Below, in pieces: positions 50,013-60,030 of a DNA stretch of 64,000 bases. The notes beneath the pieces were generated by a model. It had not been told where the DNA came from. It saw only the letters and a list, made by a program, of their open reading frames with translations, and ran no database searches. The stretch comes from Nitrosopumilaceae archaeon (lineage in GTDB: Archaea; Thermoproteota; Nitrososphaeria; Nitrososphaerales; Nitrosopumilaceae), in NCBI GenBank assembly GCA_022823825.1, contig JAJEHG010000012.1:34732-98731 (forward strand). Reading direction: 5' to 3'. Made by a program: the position numbers and the translations under genes. How positions within the stretch are numbered: the first letter of the stretch is position 1; each line of letters opens with the position of its first letter.

Positions 50013-51193
50013 TGGCGACACGCCCTGCAAGCAACCCGCAGGTATCGATCATCGTCCCCACGTACAACGAGTCGCAGAACATCATATCGATCCTAAAGTC
50101 AATACGCGCGAACATACCCAAGGGCGTGTGGGCCGAGACCATCGTAGTCGACGACGACTCGCCTGACGGCACGGGCCGCCTGGTCGACGACTATGTGGAG
50201 GGGCTGAGGCGGCTTGCAGAGGACACCGTAAGCGTGATACACCGCAGGGCAAGGCAGGGCGGGCTTGCGTCTGCCATACTGAGGGGGATCCAGAGCGCCA
50301 AGGCCGAGACCATCGTGGTGATGGACTCGGACTTTTCGCACCCGCCGCAGGTCATACCGAGGCTGCTCGAGGCGCTCAGGCAGTACCAGTGCGACCTGGT
50401 GGTGGCGTCGCGGTACGTTCGGGGCGGCGGTACCAGAAACTGGACACTGAAGCGCAGGATGATAAGCAAGGGCGCGGCCATAATTGCAAAGCTGGGGCTG
50501 CGCGTAAAGATCAAGGATCCGATGTCGGGGTTCTTTGCGTTCAAGCGGAACATCATAAACGGGCTTGCGTTCGACGCGCTGGGCTACAAGTTACTGCTGG
50601 AGATGCTGGTAAAGGCAAACAGCAACATAAAGGTGCACGAGATACCGTACACGTTTGAGAACCGCAGGCTGGGCACAAGCAAGCTTGACACCTCCCTGTA
50701 CGAGACGGTGACCGAGTACCTGCGCGCGGTATGGAGGCTGTACAGGAGCAAGAGGCTCAAGGAGACCGCCCCGAAAGAGCGCAGGTCGGTCAGGTTTCTC
50801 TCAAAAGCCGCCAGGTTCTTTACGGTCGGCGCGTCCGGGTTCGGCGTCAACTATCTCGTCTCCATGCTGTTTGCGTCCGGGCTGGCCGACTTTTGGTACG
50901 TGCAGGCAAACGCCTTTGGGATCATTGCGTCCCTCTCGACCAACTTTGTGCTCAACAAGATCTGGACGTTTGAGGACCGCGACTTTGGGTTGAAGCGGAC
51001 GCTGTCGCAGTACGGCAGGTTTGCGGCGTTCAGCTCGCTTGGCGCCGCGGTGCAGCTCGGGGCCGTGTACTGGCTGGTTGACACGCACGGCGTGTCGTAC
51101 CCGCTTGCCCTGCTTGCGGCCATCGCGGTAGCGGCGTTTAGCAACTTTGTCCTCAACAAGAAGCTCACGTTTCGCGAGAGCCTGTGGGACTAA
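50012..51193 (+). CDS. Polyprenol-phosphate glycosyltransferase (GT2, DPM1-like) fused to GtrA domain
   Basis: IIVPTYNE, VVDDDSPDGT, MDSDFSH, SGFF; C-terminal GtrA (NFVLNKIWTF). Confidence 0.9.
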   Translation: MATRPASNPQVSIIVPTYNESQNIISILKSIRANIPKGVWAETIVVDDDSPDGTGRLVDDYVEGLRRLAEDTVSVIHRRARQGGLASAILRGIQSAKAETIVVMDSDFSHPPQVIPRLLEALRQYQCDLVVASRYVRGGGTRNWTLKRRMISKGAAIIAKLGLRVKIKDPMSGFFAFKRNIINGLAFDALGYKLLLEMLVKANSNIKVHEIPYTFENRRLGTSKLDTSLYETVTEYLRAVWRLYRSKRLKETAPKERRSVRFLSKAARFFTVGASGFGVNYLVSMLFASGLADFWYVQANAFGIIASLSTNFVLNKIWTFEDRDFGLKRTLSQYGRFAAFSSLGAAVQLGAVYWLVDTHGVSYPLALLAAIAVAAFSNFVLNKKLTFRESLWD

Positions 51194-51328
51194 TCGGCAG
51201 GGAGTGTCGGCCATCCACACACTCGGCCTCCGCCACGGACGCGCCCGAACACATGCCAAACTCGTATCAACCGCGTCTTCGAACTAGGCTTGTATGACTG
51301 TTATATAAAGAACTTAGAAGTACATAAC

Positions 51329-51466
51329 ATGGTCAACGACAGCGAGATAATAGGAACCAACCCGTGGTGGAGAGACGCGAAGAGGATTGAGGATGATCCA
51401 GAGATCGTGGCATGGGGGAGGACAAAGCTGCGGCTCATCCCGGGAATAATGCATGAGATAACCTAG
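51329..51466 (+). pseudogene. 5' stub of an AAA+ ATPase (AAA_14/DUF4143-like)
   Basis: MVNDSEIIGTNPWWRDAKRIEDDPEIVAW resembles the NPWW...I..D..I..W N-terminus of this family; stops at 45 aa; TTATATAAA box upstream. Confidence 0.6.
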
Positions 51467-51529
51467 GCGCAATGCAGCGGAGGCCGCCTCCTTTTGGAAC
51501 CGGCCGCGACCGAAGGAACCCTCGGGAAC

Positions 51530-51560
51530 ATGGATGGATGGATGGATGGATGGATGGATG
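51530..51560. repeat. (ATGG)7 intergenic microsatellite
   Basis: Direct reading. Confidence 0.9.
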
Positions 51561-51616
51561 AACGGGCAAATGAAGCAAGAGGAGAATAAAGAAAAAGGAA
51601 GGGGTTGGTCCCGTTC

Positions 51617-52285
51617 CTACGGGGTATAGTTTGTGGTGCTGGTCGCAGCTGCCGTCTGGGACGAGATCCCCGTCGAGGACGGTACGGACGGGAACTGCTG
51701 CCCGATCTGCTGCTCTGCAACCGCTGAGGCCTCCTGCAGGATCCTCTCCGTCTCCTCGCTGGACACGTCGGATTCCATGCCAAAGGAGTCGCCGGCAAGC
51801 GAGTCCATCATGAGCCCGTTGAGGGTCTGCGTCATGGCGTTCAGCTCGGAGTCTGCCTCCGGCATGAACTTTCCGAGCGACGACTTTAGGCCCTTCATGG
51901 TGTTCATGGCAGGCTGGAGCGCAATCATTGCGTCACCGAGGTCGTGGACGGTAGTCAGCCTGAGCTGGCTCTGCTCGAGCGCCATCCTCATGTTGCTTAG
52001 CATCTTTGTAACCTTGCGTATCTCGGCCAGTTCGCTGCCGAGTACCTTGCTGGTGTTGATGTCGTGCTGCTGCATGGCCGCCACCACGCGCTGAAAGAGT
52101 CTCTGATCCCTCTCGCGCAGCTTGCCCAGCATGCTGTCCATCTTTGAGATCTGGACCTGCAGCCCGTTGACTGCGGCCTGGATCCGGGGCTTGAGGGCCC
52201 CCTGAGGCTTTGCAGCATCACGAATCTTCTCGGTTACACTTCGCGTCTCTGGTCGAGACCAGTTGTTCTCGAAGTTGTTTGCCAT
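51617..52285 (-). CDS. cdvB: CdvB/ESCRT-III (Snf7-family) paralog
   Basis: LKPRI..A...LQ.QI.KMD, ELAEIRKV, ALEQ..LRLTT..DLGD, ILQEASAVAEQ...FP; no C-terminal wH domain. Confidence 0.88.
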   Translation of the reverse strand: MANNFENNWSRPETRSVTEKIRDAAKPQGALKPRIQAAVNGLQVQISKMDSMLGKLRERDQRLFQRVVAAMQQHDINTSKVLGSELAEIRKVTKMLSNMRMALEQSQLRLTTVHDLGDAMIALQPAMNTMKGLKSSLGKFMPEADSELNAMTQTLNGLMMDSLAGDSFGMESDVSSEETERILQEASAVAEQQIGQQFPSVPSSTGISSQTAAATSTTNYTP

Positions 52286-52389
52286 GCCGTCCCATGCTGC
52301 GTTTCCCACTTAATGGACGGTGTATATTTTTGTCAACCAAAGTGCCAAATTTTACTAACAAACTTAGGTAGGGCCGCCCCCGCCGGTTC

Positions 52390-53196
52390 GTGCCTAGGAT
52401 AGCGGTGTTCGACTCGGGGCTGGGCTCGCTGTCTGTAGTCAGGGAGCTCCGCAGGGCGGCCAGAAGCGGGGGCGTGACGGCCGAGATCATATACTATGCG
52501 GACACGGCCAGCTTTCCGTACGGCTCAAAGCCAAGGGCGGAGCTGGGGCGCATCGTAAGCAGGACGGTATCGGGCCTGCGCGACCGGTTTGCGCCCGACG
52601 CCGTCGTGATTGCGTCAAACACGCCCTGCCTGGTGCTGGACATACGGGACGGACGCGACAACGGCATGCTGGTGGCCGGGGTGAGGCCGCCGCTTGCCGA
52701 GGCCGTCCGGCTGTCCGGCACGGGAAGGATAGGCATACTCGGGACGGCGTCAGGGATACGCGGGGCGGGGCTGTCGCGGATGATACGAAAATACAGGGCG
52801 GCCGCGCGCCGGGGCCCCAGGTTCTTCCGGATCGACGGCTCGGAGCTTGTCAAGATGGTGGAGACCGGCCTGTTTCTGCGGGACGTCGCGGCGTGCAGGG
52901 CGGCCGCGCGCCGCGTACTGGATCGCGCGATATCGGGACACGGCATCGACGTGGTCACGCTCTCAAGCACGCACCTGCCGTTTCTGGCCGACATCATGGG
53001 GTCGGAGTATCCCGGCGTGCAGTTTGTAAACCCCGCGCACAACGTGGCAAAGGCGGTGCTTGGCGCGTGTCCGGACGGGGCGCGCGGCAGGAATTCCCTG
53101 AGGATATACGCGTCAGGCGACTACGCCGCGCTGCAGGACAACCTGCAGAGGCTGCGCGTGCGCAGGAAGGTCAGGCCGCTCCTGCTGCCGCAGTAA
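52390..53196 (+). CDS. Glutamate racemase-like (Asp/Glu racemase family)
   Basis: FDSGLG.L.V, FPYGSK, ASNT and LSSTH (catalytic Cys positions occupied by Ser). Confidence 0.85.
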   Translation: MPRIAVFDSGLGSLSVVRELRRAARSGGVTAEIIYYADTASFPYGSKPRAELGRIVSRTVSGLRDRFAPDAVVIASNTPCLVLDIRDGRDNGMLVAGVRPPLAEAVRLSGTGRIGILGTASGIRGAGLSRMIRKYRAAARRGPRFFRIDGSELVKMVETGLFLRDVAACRAAARRVLDRAISGHGIDVVTLSSTHLPFLADIMGSEYPGVQFVNPAHNVAKAVLGACPDGARGRNSLRIYASGDYAALQDNLQRLRVRRKVRPLLLPQ

Positions 53197-53271
53197 CTGG
53201 ATGGGGCCGCGCGTGCGCGCGGCGGCGGCGGCGGCGGCAAATGCTGCCACCGTCCTGATGCTGCCGCCGCC

Positions 53272-54072
53272 CTAGAGCTGGTCGTCCCCCTTGTCCGGAA
53301 CGCTTGCCTTCCTGTACCCGTGGCTGAACTCTTTGTCGTACAGTCTCGAGTATTCGTACGACTCAGGGTTTATCACGTCCCCGATCATCACGATTGCCGT
53401 CTTTGTGACGCGCGCGTCCCTGACCTTCTGCTCGATGTCCTCCAGGGTGCCTTCAATCACCTTCTCGTCGTCCCAGCTGGCCCTGTATATGACGGCCGCA
53501 GGCGTAGAGTCCCCGTATCCGCCCTTCTTGGCCTCTGAGACGATCTCCTTTAGGAGGTGCACGCTCAGGTAGAATATCATGGTGGCCCCGTGCCTTGCCA
53601 GCCCCACTATGCTTTCTGCCTCCGGCACCTTTGTGCGGGACTCCGCCCTCGTGATTATGATGGTCTGCGTGACTCCGGGCAGCGTGAGCTGCGTGCCTAG
53701 GGCGGCCGACGACGCCAGAAACGACGTTACGCCGGGCACCACCACAGACCTTATGCCCCTCTTTGCGAGCTCGTCAATCTGCTCCCTGATGGCGCCGTAT
53801 ATGGCCGGGTCGCCGTCGTGCAGGCGCAGCACTGTCTTCTTCCCGTCCGCCGAGGCGCCCCTGTACAGGATCTCGGATATCTCCTCCCTGACCAGCCCCG
53901 ACGCGTCGTGCAGCTCCGCGTTCTTGCCCGCCATTGCAATTATGGGCTCCGGGATGAGCGATCCCGAGTATACTATGACGTCCGCGTTCCGTATGAGCCT
54001 CCTGGCCTTTACGGTGACGAGCTCCGGGTCGCCGGGGCCGCATCCTACAAAGTATACAGTATTTTCAGGCAC
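53272..54072 (-). CDS. cbiF: Cobalt-precorrin-4 C11-methyltransferase
   Basis: VGCGPGDPEL, YSGSL, RLHDGDP.IYGAIREQ, SRLYD..FSHGYR. Confidence 0.94.
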   Translation of the reverse strand: MPENTVYFVGCGPGDPELVTVKARRLIRNADVIVYSGSLIPEPIIAMAGKNAELHDASGLVREEISEILYRGASADGKKTVLRLHDGDPAIYGAIREQIDELAKRGIRSVVVPGVTSFLASSAALGTQLTLPGVTQTIIITRAESRTKVPEAESIVGLARHGATMIFYLSVHLLKEIVSEAKKGGYGDSTPAAVIYRASWDDEKVIEGTLEDIEQKVRDARVTKTAIVMIGDVINPESYEYSRLYDKEFSHGYRKASVPDKGDDQL

Positions 54073-54787
54073 GCTTTACCACCAGAATTGAAAAGTATTT
54101 TGAGCCCAGGCTCTCCTCGCTGACCTCGCCGAGCGTCATCTTCCGTATCACCTCTTGGTCGGTGCCCAGGGACTGGCCTATAGCGAAGAGCGAGTCGTCG
54201 CCGAACCCCGACTCGCGCAGTACGTCTATGACCTGGTCAAAGTACCTGCCGTCCTTGAGAAATATCATTGACTCCGCGTATCTGGCGATCTCCTTGACGC
54301 CGGCCAGGTCGTAGCACGAGGGTATTATGGCGACCTTTTCTGCGCCCTCCGCTATACTGACGCCCACCTTTGAGGCGAACGTGAACATGGACACTATCCC
54401 CGGTATGACGGATATGTCCATCTCGGGGTGCTCTGCGCTGAGGTGCCTGTGCATGTAGATCCACGTGCTGTAAAGGTACGGGTCTCCCACCGTCAGGTAT
54501 ACTATGTTTTTGCCCGTGGCGACCGTCCGGGCCATGATGTCGGCGTTGCGCCTCCAAGTCTCCTCCAGCACGTCGCGGTCCTTTGTCATGGGAAAGATCA
54601 GCTTTGTTACCTCCTGCCTCGGCTCGTCCACGAGGTGGGAGACTACCGACAGCGCTATGCTGGGCCTGTCCTCTGCAGACGCGGGGCACATTATGACGTC
54701 CGCGCCCTCTATGGCTCTGACGGCCCTGACGGTCAGCAGATCCGCGTCGCCGGGGCCTACGCCTATCCCGGTCAGACTTCCCTTCAT
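54065..54787 (-). CDS. cbiL: Cobalt-precorrin-2 C20-methyltransferase
   Basis: GIGVGPGD..LLT, LIFPMTKD, TVGDP.LYST, YFS. Confidence 0.93.
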   Translation of the reverse strand: MKGSLTGIGVGPGDADLLTVRAVRAIEGADVIMCPASAEDRPSIALSVVSHLVDEPRQEVTKLIFPMTKDRDVLEETWRRNADIMARTVATGKNIVYLTVGDPYLYSTWIYMHRHLSAEHPEMDISVIPGIVSMFTFASKVGVSIAEGAEKVAIIPSCYDLAGVKEIARYAESMIFLKDGRYFDQVIDVLRESGFGDDSLFAIGQSLGTDQEVIRKMTLGEVSEESLGSKYFSILVVKRA

Positions 54788-54817
54788 GACTGGGCTACCT
54801 GCAATGATCCTATAAGT

Positions 54818-55534
54818 CTAGGCTGTCGTCACTGCGCGCGTCGCCGATATTATCGTCACGGGGTTTCTTGCAAGCATCATGGTGCCGGTGGAGGTCTTCC
54901 GGCTCTTTGATATGGTCACCTGGGTTATGTCGACGTCCTCAAACGGCATCCTGCCTATGATCCCCAGGACCGCGTGCAGGGTCTCGATCAGTATGGTGCT
55001 GATTACGATGCGCCCCCCGGGCCCCAGCATGCGCGAGCACCTCTCCACAATCTCCGCGGTGTCGCCGCCGGTCCCGCCTATTATGATGGCGTCGTACGGT
55101 GGCGCGTGCGGCGAACCGTCCGCACCGCTGCCACCGTCGCCGGTCCCGCCAAGCACGTCCAGGGCGTCCCCGCGCACCACGCCGGCGTACTCCCGCACGC
55201 CGAACCGTTCCAGGTTTCTCTCGGTCAGCGCGACGGCCTCGCCGTCGCGGTCGATTGCCGTTACAAGGCCGTTTCCGGCTGCACGGATCGCGGCCTCCAC
55301 CGTTATGGAGCCGGAGCCGCATCCCACGTCCAGTATATGATCCCCGTCCTTGAGCCTGGCCTTGCTGACTATGATTGCGCGCACCTCCTCCTTTGTGATG
55401 GGCACGGAGTCAGACCTCTCAAAGTATTCGTCCGGAATCCCGGGCACGTCGGAGCGCCATTTCGAGGGGCTGAGTGGTTTTTTCGTAGCGCCGTTGCCGC
55501 CCTTTCCACTAGAGGTTGATCCCACTCTGCACAC
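54818..55534 (-). CDS. cbiT: Cobalt-precorrin-6B C15-methyltransferase (start uncertain)
   Basis: GIPDEYF....PITKEEVR, DVGCGSG, MMLARNPV. Confidence 0.93.
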   Translation of the reverse strand: MCRVGSTSSGKGGNGATKKPLSPSKWRSDVPGIPDEYFERSDSVPITKEEVRAIIVSKARLKDGDHILDVGCGSGSITVEAAIRAAGNGLVTAIDRDGEAVALTERNLERFGVREYAGVVRGDALDVLGGTGDGGSGADGSPHAPPYDAIIIGGTGGDTAEIVERCSRMLGPGGRIVISTILIETLHAVLGIIGRMPFEDVDITQVTISKSRKTSTGTMMLARNPVTIISATRAVTTA

Positions 55535-56042
55535 TCTCCAGGTTGACCAGCGTGTAGGACACTATCCATACGAACAGGTACAGGAACACGTAGCTTCCCA
55601 GCCCCTGCGTCACTATCTTCTTCCTGTCCGAGGAGGGCAGCTGCATCTTCATGCCCTTTGCGACGAACACGGTCCCGATGAACAGTATTATCATGAACGC
55701 GATGGACGCCCACCTTCTATCCTCGCCCTCTATGTCGGCAAAGACGAACGTCGCGGCCACGCCCGCCGCTACCGCGAGCGTCACGCGCATCCAGAACAGC
55801 AGGTTGAGCTTGCGCTCCTTTTCGCTCCTCTGGAACTCCGACTCGGGGGGCGGCTCCGGCGCCTTTGCATCCTCGCCGCCGTCGGTGGGCGCCGACGACG
55901 CGGGCTTTGCGGCCGCGGGGGGCGGCTCCGGCTCTGCGCCGCCCGCCACGTCGTCCTTTGCAGGCGGCTCCGCCTGCCTGTCACCCCGGCCGCTCCCAGA
56001 ACCCGAAGTCGGCTTTGACTTTCTCTTCTTGAACCTGGCCAA
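55509..56042 (-). CDS. Three-TM membrane protein, EMC6/Rab5ip-like C-terminus
   Basis: Disordered N-terminus, then WMRV.LAV..G..A, F....VAK, GLGSYVFLYLFVWIVSYTL; TTG start with ATTAAA box ~30 nt upstream. Confidence 0.6.
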   Translation of the reverse strand: MARFKKRKSKPTSGSGSGRGDRQAEPPAKDDVAGGAEPEPPPAAAKPASSAPTDGGEDAKAPEPPPESEFQRSEKERKLNLLFWMRVTLAVAAGVAATFVFADIEGEDRRWASIAFMIILFIGTVFVAKGMKMQLPSSDRKKIVTQGLGSYVFLYLFVWIVSYTLVNLESVQSGINL

Positions 56043-56308
56043 GGAATTTCTAGCCTGCTTTGGGGCCGCCTCGTTTAATACCTTTGGTAGACGATCCCGG
56101 CAGTCGTTTGGCCCCTGTGCACCGTTCCTCCCCCCACCCGACCTCTCTGTGATGGCCGGGTGCGTGTAAGGTGGCCGGCCTGTGGCGGCCGGCGCGCCGG
56201 GATATCTGGATTGGGGGGGGGGGAAGAGTCGCACCCGCATATCGGTGCCGTTGGCAGTACCAAGAAGCGCAAAGGAGTTTAATCCTAGAGGGGGGAGGCC
56301 ACACCATC

Positions 56309-58309
56309 ATGGCACTTGCCGGAATCGAGCTGCGCTTTATAGTCGACCACGTATCAGGCATCATAGACGGATACTACGTCAACAACATCTACGGGGTCAC
56401 GAGGGACAGCCTGCTGTTCAAGCTGCGCCACACCTCAAAGGACGACCTGTTCCTGATGGTCTCGACCTTTGGCATATGGCTGACGTCCACCAAGCTGGGC
56501 CAGATAGAGGAGAACCGCATGCAGAGGCGCCTGCGCAGCACGCTTCTGCGCATGAGGTTTCGGCAGATAAGGCAGATCGGCGCCGAGCGCATCGCGTACC
56601 TGGAGTTCGAGGGGTTTGGCAGCGAGTTTGTCCTGGTAGCGGAGCTCTTCGGGGACGGCAACGTCATACTGTGCGACGCGGACATGAAGATCCTGGCCCT
56701 GATGCACTCGGTGGACGTGAGGCACCGGACGCTCAAGGTCGGGGCCAAGTACGCCCCGCCGCCCGCGCCGTCAGACAACGCGGTGGACATACTGAGCATG
56801 GGCAGGCAGGACTTTGCCTCCCTGCCCGGGGCCGATATGGCCGCGGCCAGGTGGCTTGGGCGCACGCTGGGACTGCCAAGAAAGTACGCCGAGGGGATAA
56901 TACGGATGGCCGGCGTGCCGTCCGGCACCGCGGGCACGCAGCTGGACCAGGGGCAGGCAGACGCGATATGTGACGCGGCCGTGCGCCTGGTGTCCGACGT
57001 AACGTCGGGAAACCACACCCCCGTCATAATAACGACAGAGGGCAAGAGCCCGGAGGTGATGCCCGTCGACGTGACGGGCGGCATGGACGATGACGACGGC
57101 GCCGGTGACGGCGACGCGGCCGGCACCACTGCCAAAAGGTCCAAGGCCTCCAGCTTTATGGCCGGCCTTGACAAGGTCTTTACCGAGTCGTTTCTTGCCA
57201 GGGCGCGCGATGCGGGGGCGTCCGGCACGGCCACGCGAATCAAAGATCTGGAGACCCAGATTGCAGAGCAGCAAAAGGCGGTAGATACCGTGATGCGCCG
57301 CTCCGAGTCAGTCGGCGCGCTTGCAAGGTTGCTGCTAGGGCTTGCGGGAGAGGGCGTGCTGTCCATGTCCGACGGGCGCGTCCTGCCCGCGCTTGAGGGG
57401 TGCGGGGCACAGCTTCTGCAGGAGAAGGGCGTACACCTCGTAAGGATATCTGACAAAAAGATACAGGTCAGCATGCAGGCCCCGCTGCAGTCAGTCGCGT
57501 CCGTGCTGTTTGACGAGGCAAAGCGGCAGGCAAGGGCGGCCCCGGCCATTGAAAAGTCGATGGCAGACGCGCGCAGCAGGCTAGAGAAGCTGTACGGCGA
57601 GGCCCAGTCGGACAGGGCCAGGGCCGGCAGCGGCATCGCCTCTGAGATACGCAAGAAGAGCTGGTTTGAGCGGTACCGGTGGTTCTACACGTCAGACGGC
57701 TCGCTTGCGGTGGGGGGAAGGGACGCCGCGTCCAACTCTGCCGTCATACGCAAGCAGATGGCTCCGGGCGACCGCGTGTTCCACGCCGAGGTGCACGGCT
57801 CGCCGTTCTTCATACTAAAGGGGGCCGACCCGTCCGCGGCGCCCTCCGACGTAAGCATGAACGAGGTGGCCCATGCGACGGTCTGCTTTAGCAGGGCCTG
57901 GCGCGAGGGGATGCACGGGATGAGCGCGTTCTGGGTCGGCCCCGATCAGGTCCGCAAGTCGGCTCCCACGGGCCAGTTTCTGCCAAAGGGCTCCTTTACC
58001 ATATCGGGGCAGCGCAACTTCATCCGTCCCCAGTCCCTGAGGCTGGCAGTCGGCATGGTGATCCACAATGGCAGCCCCGTGCTGGTGTGCGGGCCGCCGG
58101 AACCCGTCGTGTCTCGCTCCGTGCTGTACGCGATAATAGAGCCGCACGGCCCCGACCTGTCGGAGGCCGCCAAGCGCGTGAGGACCGAGTTCCTAAAGCT
58201 GGACGAGGACGCGGCCAAGAGGATACCGCTTGACGACTTTGTCAGGGTTTTGCCGTCGGGCAAGAGCCAGGTAAAGGAGGTGGGGCGGCAGCAGCAGCAG
58301 CAACAGTAG
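56309..58309 (+). CDS. rqcH: NFACT-family ribosome quality-control factor (Rqc2/RqcH)
   Basis: ELFGDGNVILCD, WFERYRWF, GGRDA.SN, FHAEVHGSP, KSAPTG.FL.KGSF.I.G.RN. Confidence 0.93.
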   Translation: MALAGIELRFIVDHVSGIIDGYYVNNIYGVTRDSLLFKLRHTSKDDLFLMVSTFGIWLTSTKLGQIEENRMQRRLRSTLLRMRFRQIRQIGAERIAYLEFEGFGSEFVLVAELFGDGNVILCDADMKILALMHSVDVRHRTLKVGAKYAPPPAPSDNAVDILSMGRQDFASLPGADMAAARWLGRTLGLPRKYAEGIIRMAGVPSGTAGTQLDQGQADAICDAAVRLVSDVTSGNHTPVIITTEGKSPEVMPVDVTGGMDDDDGAGDGDAAGTTAKRSKASSFMAGLDKVFTESFLARARDAGASGTATRIKDLETQIAEQQKAVDTVMRRSESVGALARLLLGLAGEGVLSMSDGRVLPALEGCGAQLLQEKGVHLVRISDKKIQVSMQAPLQSVASVLFDEAKRQARAAPAIEKSMADARSRLEKLYGEAQSDRARAGSGIASEIRKKSWFERYRWFYTSDGSLAVGGRDAASNSAVIRKQMAPGDRVFHAEVHGSPFFILKGADPSAAPSDVSMNEVAHATVCFSRAWREGMHGMSAFWVGPDQVRKSAPTGQFLPKGSFTISGQRNFIRPQSLRLAVGMVIHNGSPVLVCGPPEPVVSRSVLYAIIEPHGPDLSEAAKRVRTEFLKLDEDAAKRIPLDDFVRVLPSGKSQVKEVGRQQQQQQ

Positions 58310-58400
58310 CCGCCGCCGCAGCAGGACTGGGAAGAAAAGACGCGGTCCGTCCAGTCGCGGCCATCCGGAGGTTCGGGCTGGCACTCGATTGTACGGCAAA

Positions 58401-59801
58401 TCACGGGCTGCCGTTTCTGCTGGCGCCGCTGCCATTATCGTAATTGTCTTCGATGCGCACAAACCCACCCTCGCGCGGCTCGGGAGGGGGGATCTTCTTT
58501 GCGCTGCCGAGGCCCATGGTCGTTATGATAACGGACGAGAGTATTATGAAAAAGACGATCTGCGGGTAGGCCTCCGCGTTCGGGAGCCCCATGGTGAGCG
58601 GCAGCGTCGCCAGGACTGCCGCGGCAAGCCCCCTTGGCATCATCACTTGGGTCACCTTCTTGTCCAGCTTTGAGAACCTCTTGGTCAGGACCGCCCTCAC
58701 CATCCCGACGCGCGCCACGTAGATCAGGACCGTCGCGACCACGCCCAGCAGTATGTACTCGATCTGCCCAAAGCTGGCCAGCAGCCCCACGAACACGAAG
58801 AAGAAGGAGCGCACGAGAAACGTCAGCTGGTTGTGGGTCGGGTCGCTTGCCTCGATCCTCCTTACCCTGAACCTGAAGACCTTTGAGAAGCGGTCCTTGT
58901 TTCCCAGCATCAGCCCGAAGACCAAAGCAGTCAACGCCCCCGACTCGCCGAACATGTTTGCCATAAAGAACAGCACGAAGAGTATCCCGAGCGTCAGCAT
59001 GTAGCTGTGCTGCGCGTTTGCAAACTTTGTCGTGACATACATCCACGGGATCCCCACCCCCAGCCCCAGCACGAGTCCGACCATCATCGCGGTCCCGATG
59101 GTCTCGCTGAGCACGGCGAGGCTGAACTCGCCTGTCAGTATGGCCTCGAACATGATGAACGCGATTATGGTGGCCAGTATGTCGGTGATCGCCGACTCGA
59201 AGCTCATCATGGACCTCGCCCCCTCCGAGACGCGCACGTTCCGGACCAGCCCGAACACGATGACGGAGCTGCTCCCCCCCACTATCGTGCCGAGCAGCAC
59301 GCTGTCCATCAGCCACCATCCGGCCCAATAGTACGCGAGCGCCGCCACTATCGCCACCGACACCACGAACCCCAGTATCGCGAGGAATATGGAAAAGTGC
59401 GCCGTCCTCGCTATGCTCTTCAGGTCCAGGTTCAGGCCGCCGTCAAACATGATTATGATCAGCGCGACGGCCGCAAAGTATGGGACGATCTGCGCGACGG
59501 CGGCAGGCTGCACTATACCCAGGACGGGGCCCAGGACGACCCCGAGGATCATCAAGAATGCGACGTCCGGGATTCCCGTCCTTTTGAAGAACGCCTCGCC
59601 CATAACACCTAGAAATATGACCACGCCTGCCGCAAGCAGGAGGACGGGCGCAGACGCGATCGCCCCGTCGGACGTTGTAATCTCCGAGAGCATGCCGATG
59701 ACCTCCGATACGGAGGCGGGCCACGACGCCCCCTGCAGGAGGCCGTCCCACTGGAACCCGTTGAATATGTCAAGCACGGCCAGCGCTACGGGTAGCAACA
59801 A
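58401..59801 (-). CDS. Cation:proton antiporter (CPA1/NhaP-like)
   Basis: Multi-TM; IPD, FDGG, FESAITD, FFF, PRGLAAAVLA. Confidence 0.9.
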   Translation of the reverse strand: MLLPVALAVLDIFNGFQWDGLLQGASWPASVSEVIGMLSEITTSDGAIASAPVLLLAAGVVIFLGVMGEAFFKRTGIPDVAFLMILGVVLGPVLGIVQPAAVAQIVPYFAAVALIIIMFDGGLNLDLKSIARTAHFSIFLAILGFVVSVAIVAALAYYWAGWWLMDSVLLGTIVGGSSSVIVFGLVRNVRVSEGARSMMSFESAITDILATIIAFIMFEAILTGEFSLAVLSETIGTAMMVGLVLGLGVGIPWMYVTTKFANAQHSYMLTLGILFVLFFMANMFGESGALTALVFGLMLGNKDRFSKVFRFRVRRIEASDPTHNQLTFLVRSFFFVFVGLLASFGQIEYILLGVVATVLIYVARVGMVRAVLTKRFSKLDKKVTQVMMPRGLAAAVLATLPLTMGLPNAEAYPQIVFFIILSSVIITTMGLGSAKKIPPPEPREGGFVRIEDNYDNGSGASRNGSP

Positions 59802-59949
59802 CCCCTGCTAACCATGTTGTCTTAAAACCAATTTGATCCCCGCGGGCATGGGGGCCGCGTACGGCAGGCCGCTGGAGGGATAGCGAGAACCGTTCAACCA
59901 GACTGCATCCATTACTTGAGGGCAACAGCTGCATCCATTCGTGCATGAG

Positions 59950-59974
59950 TGGCGCGGGGTGGATTTGAATCCAC
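59950..59974 (-). other. Degenerate tRNA 3'-end fragment (att-like scar)
   Basis: Minus strand reads GTGGATTCAAATCCAC-CCCGCGC-CA (T-arm plus acceptor 3' strand); no 5' half present. Confidence 0.5.
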
Positions 59975-60030
59975 AAGTGAGGGGCGGAGGGCGGAGGGCG
60001 CCAAGTGCCCGTTGCTTTAGTGCTCCTCAG

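Noticed and set aside
56085..56270. GC-rich self-complementary spacer upstream of cbi genes as a cobalamin riboswitch, SRP RNA or RNase P RNA
   Set aside because: No B12-box or SRP/RNase P consensus seen. Both flanking genes have TATA boxes close to their starts, so the spacer is not in their leaders.
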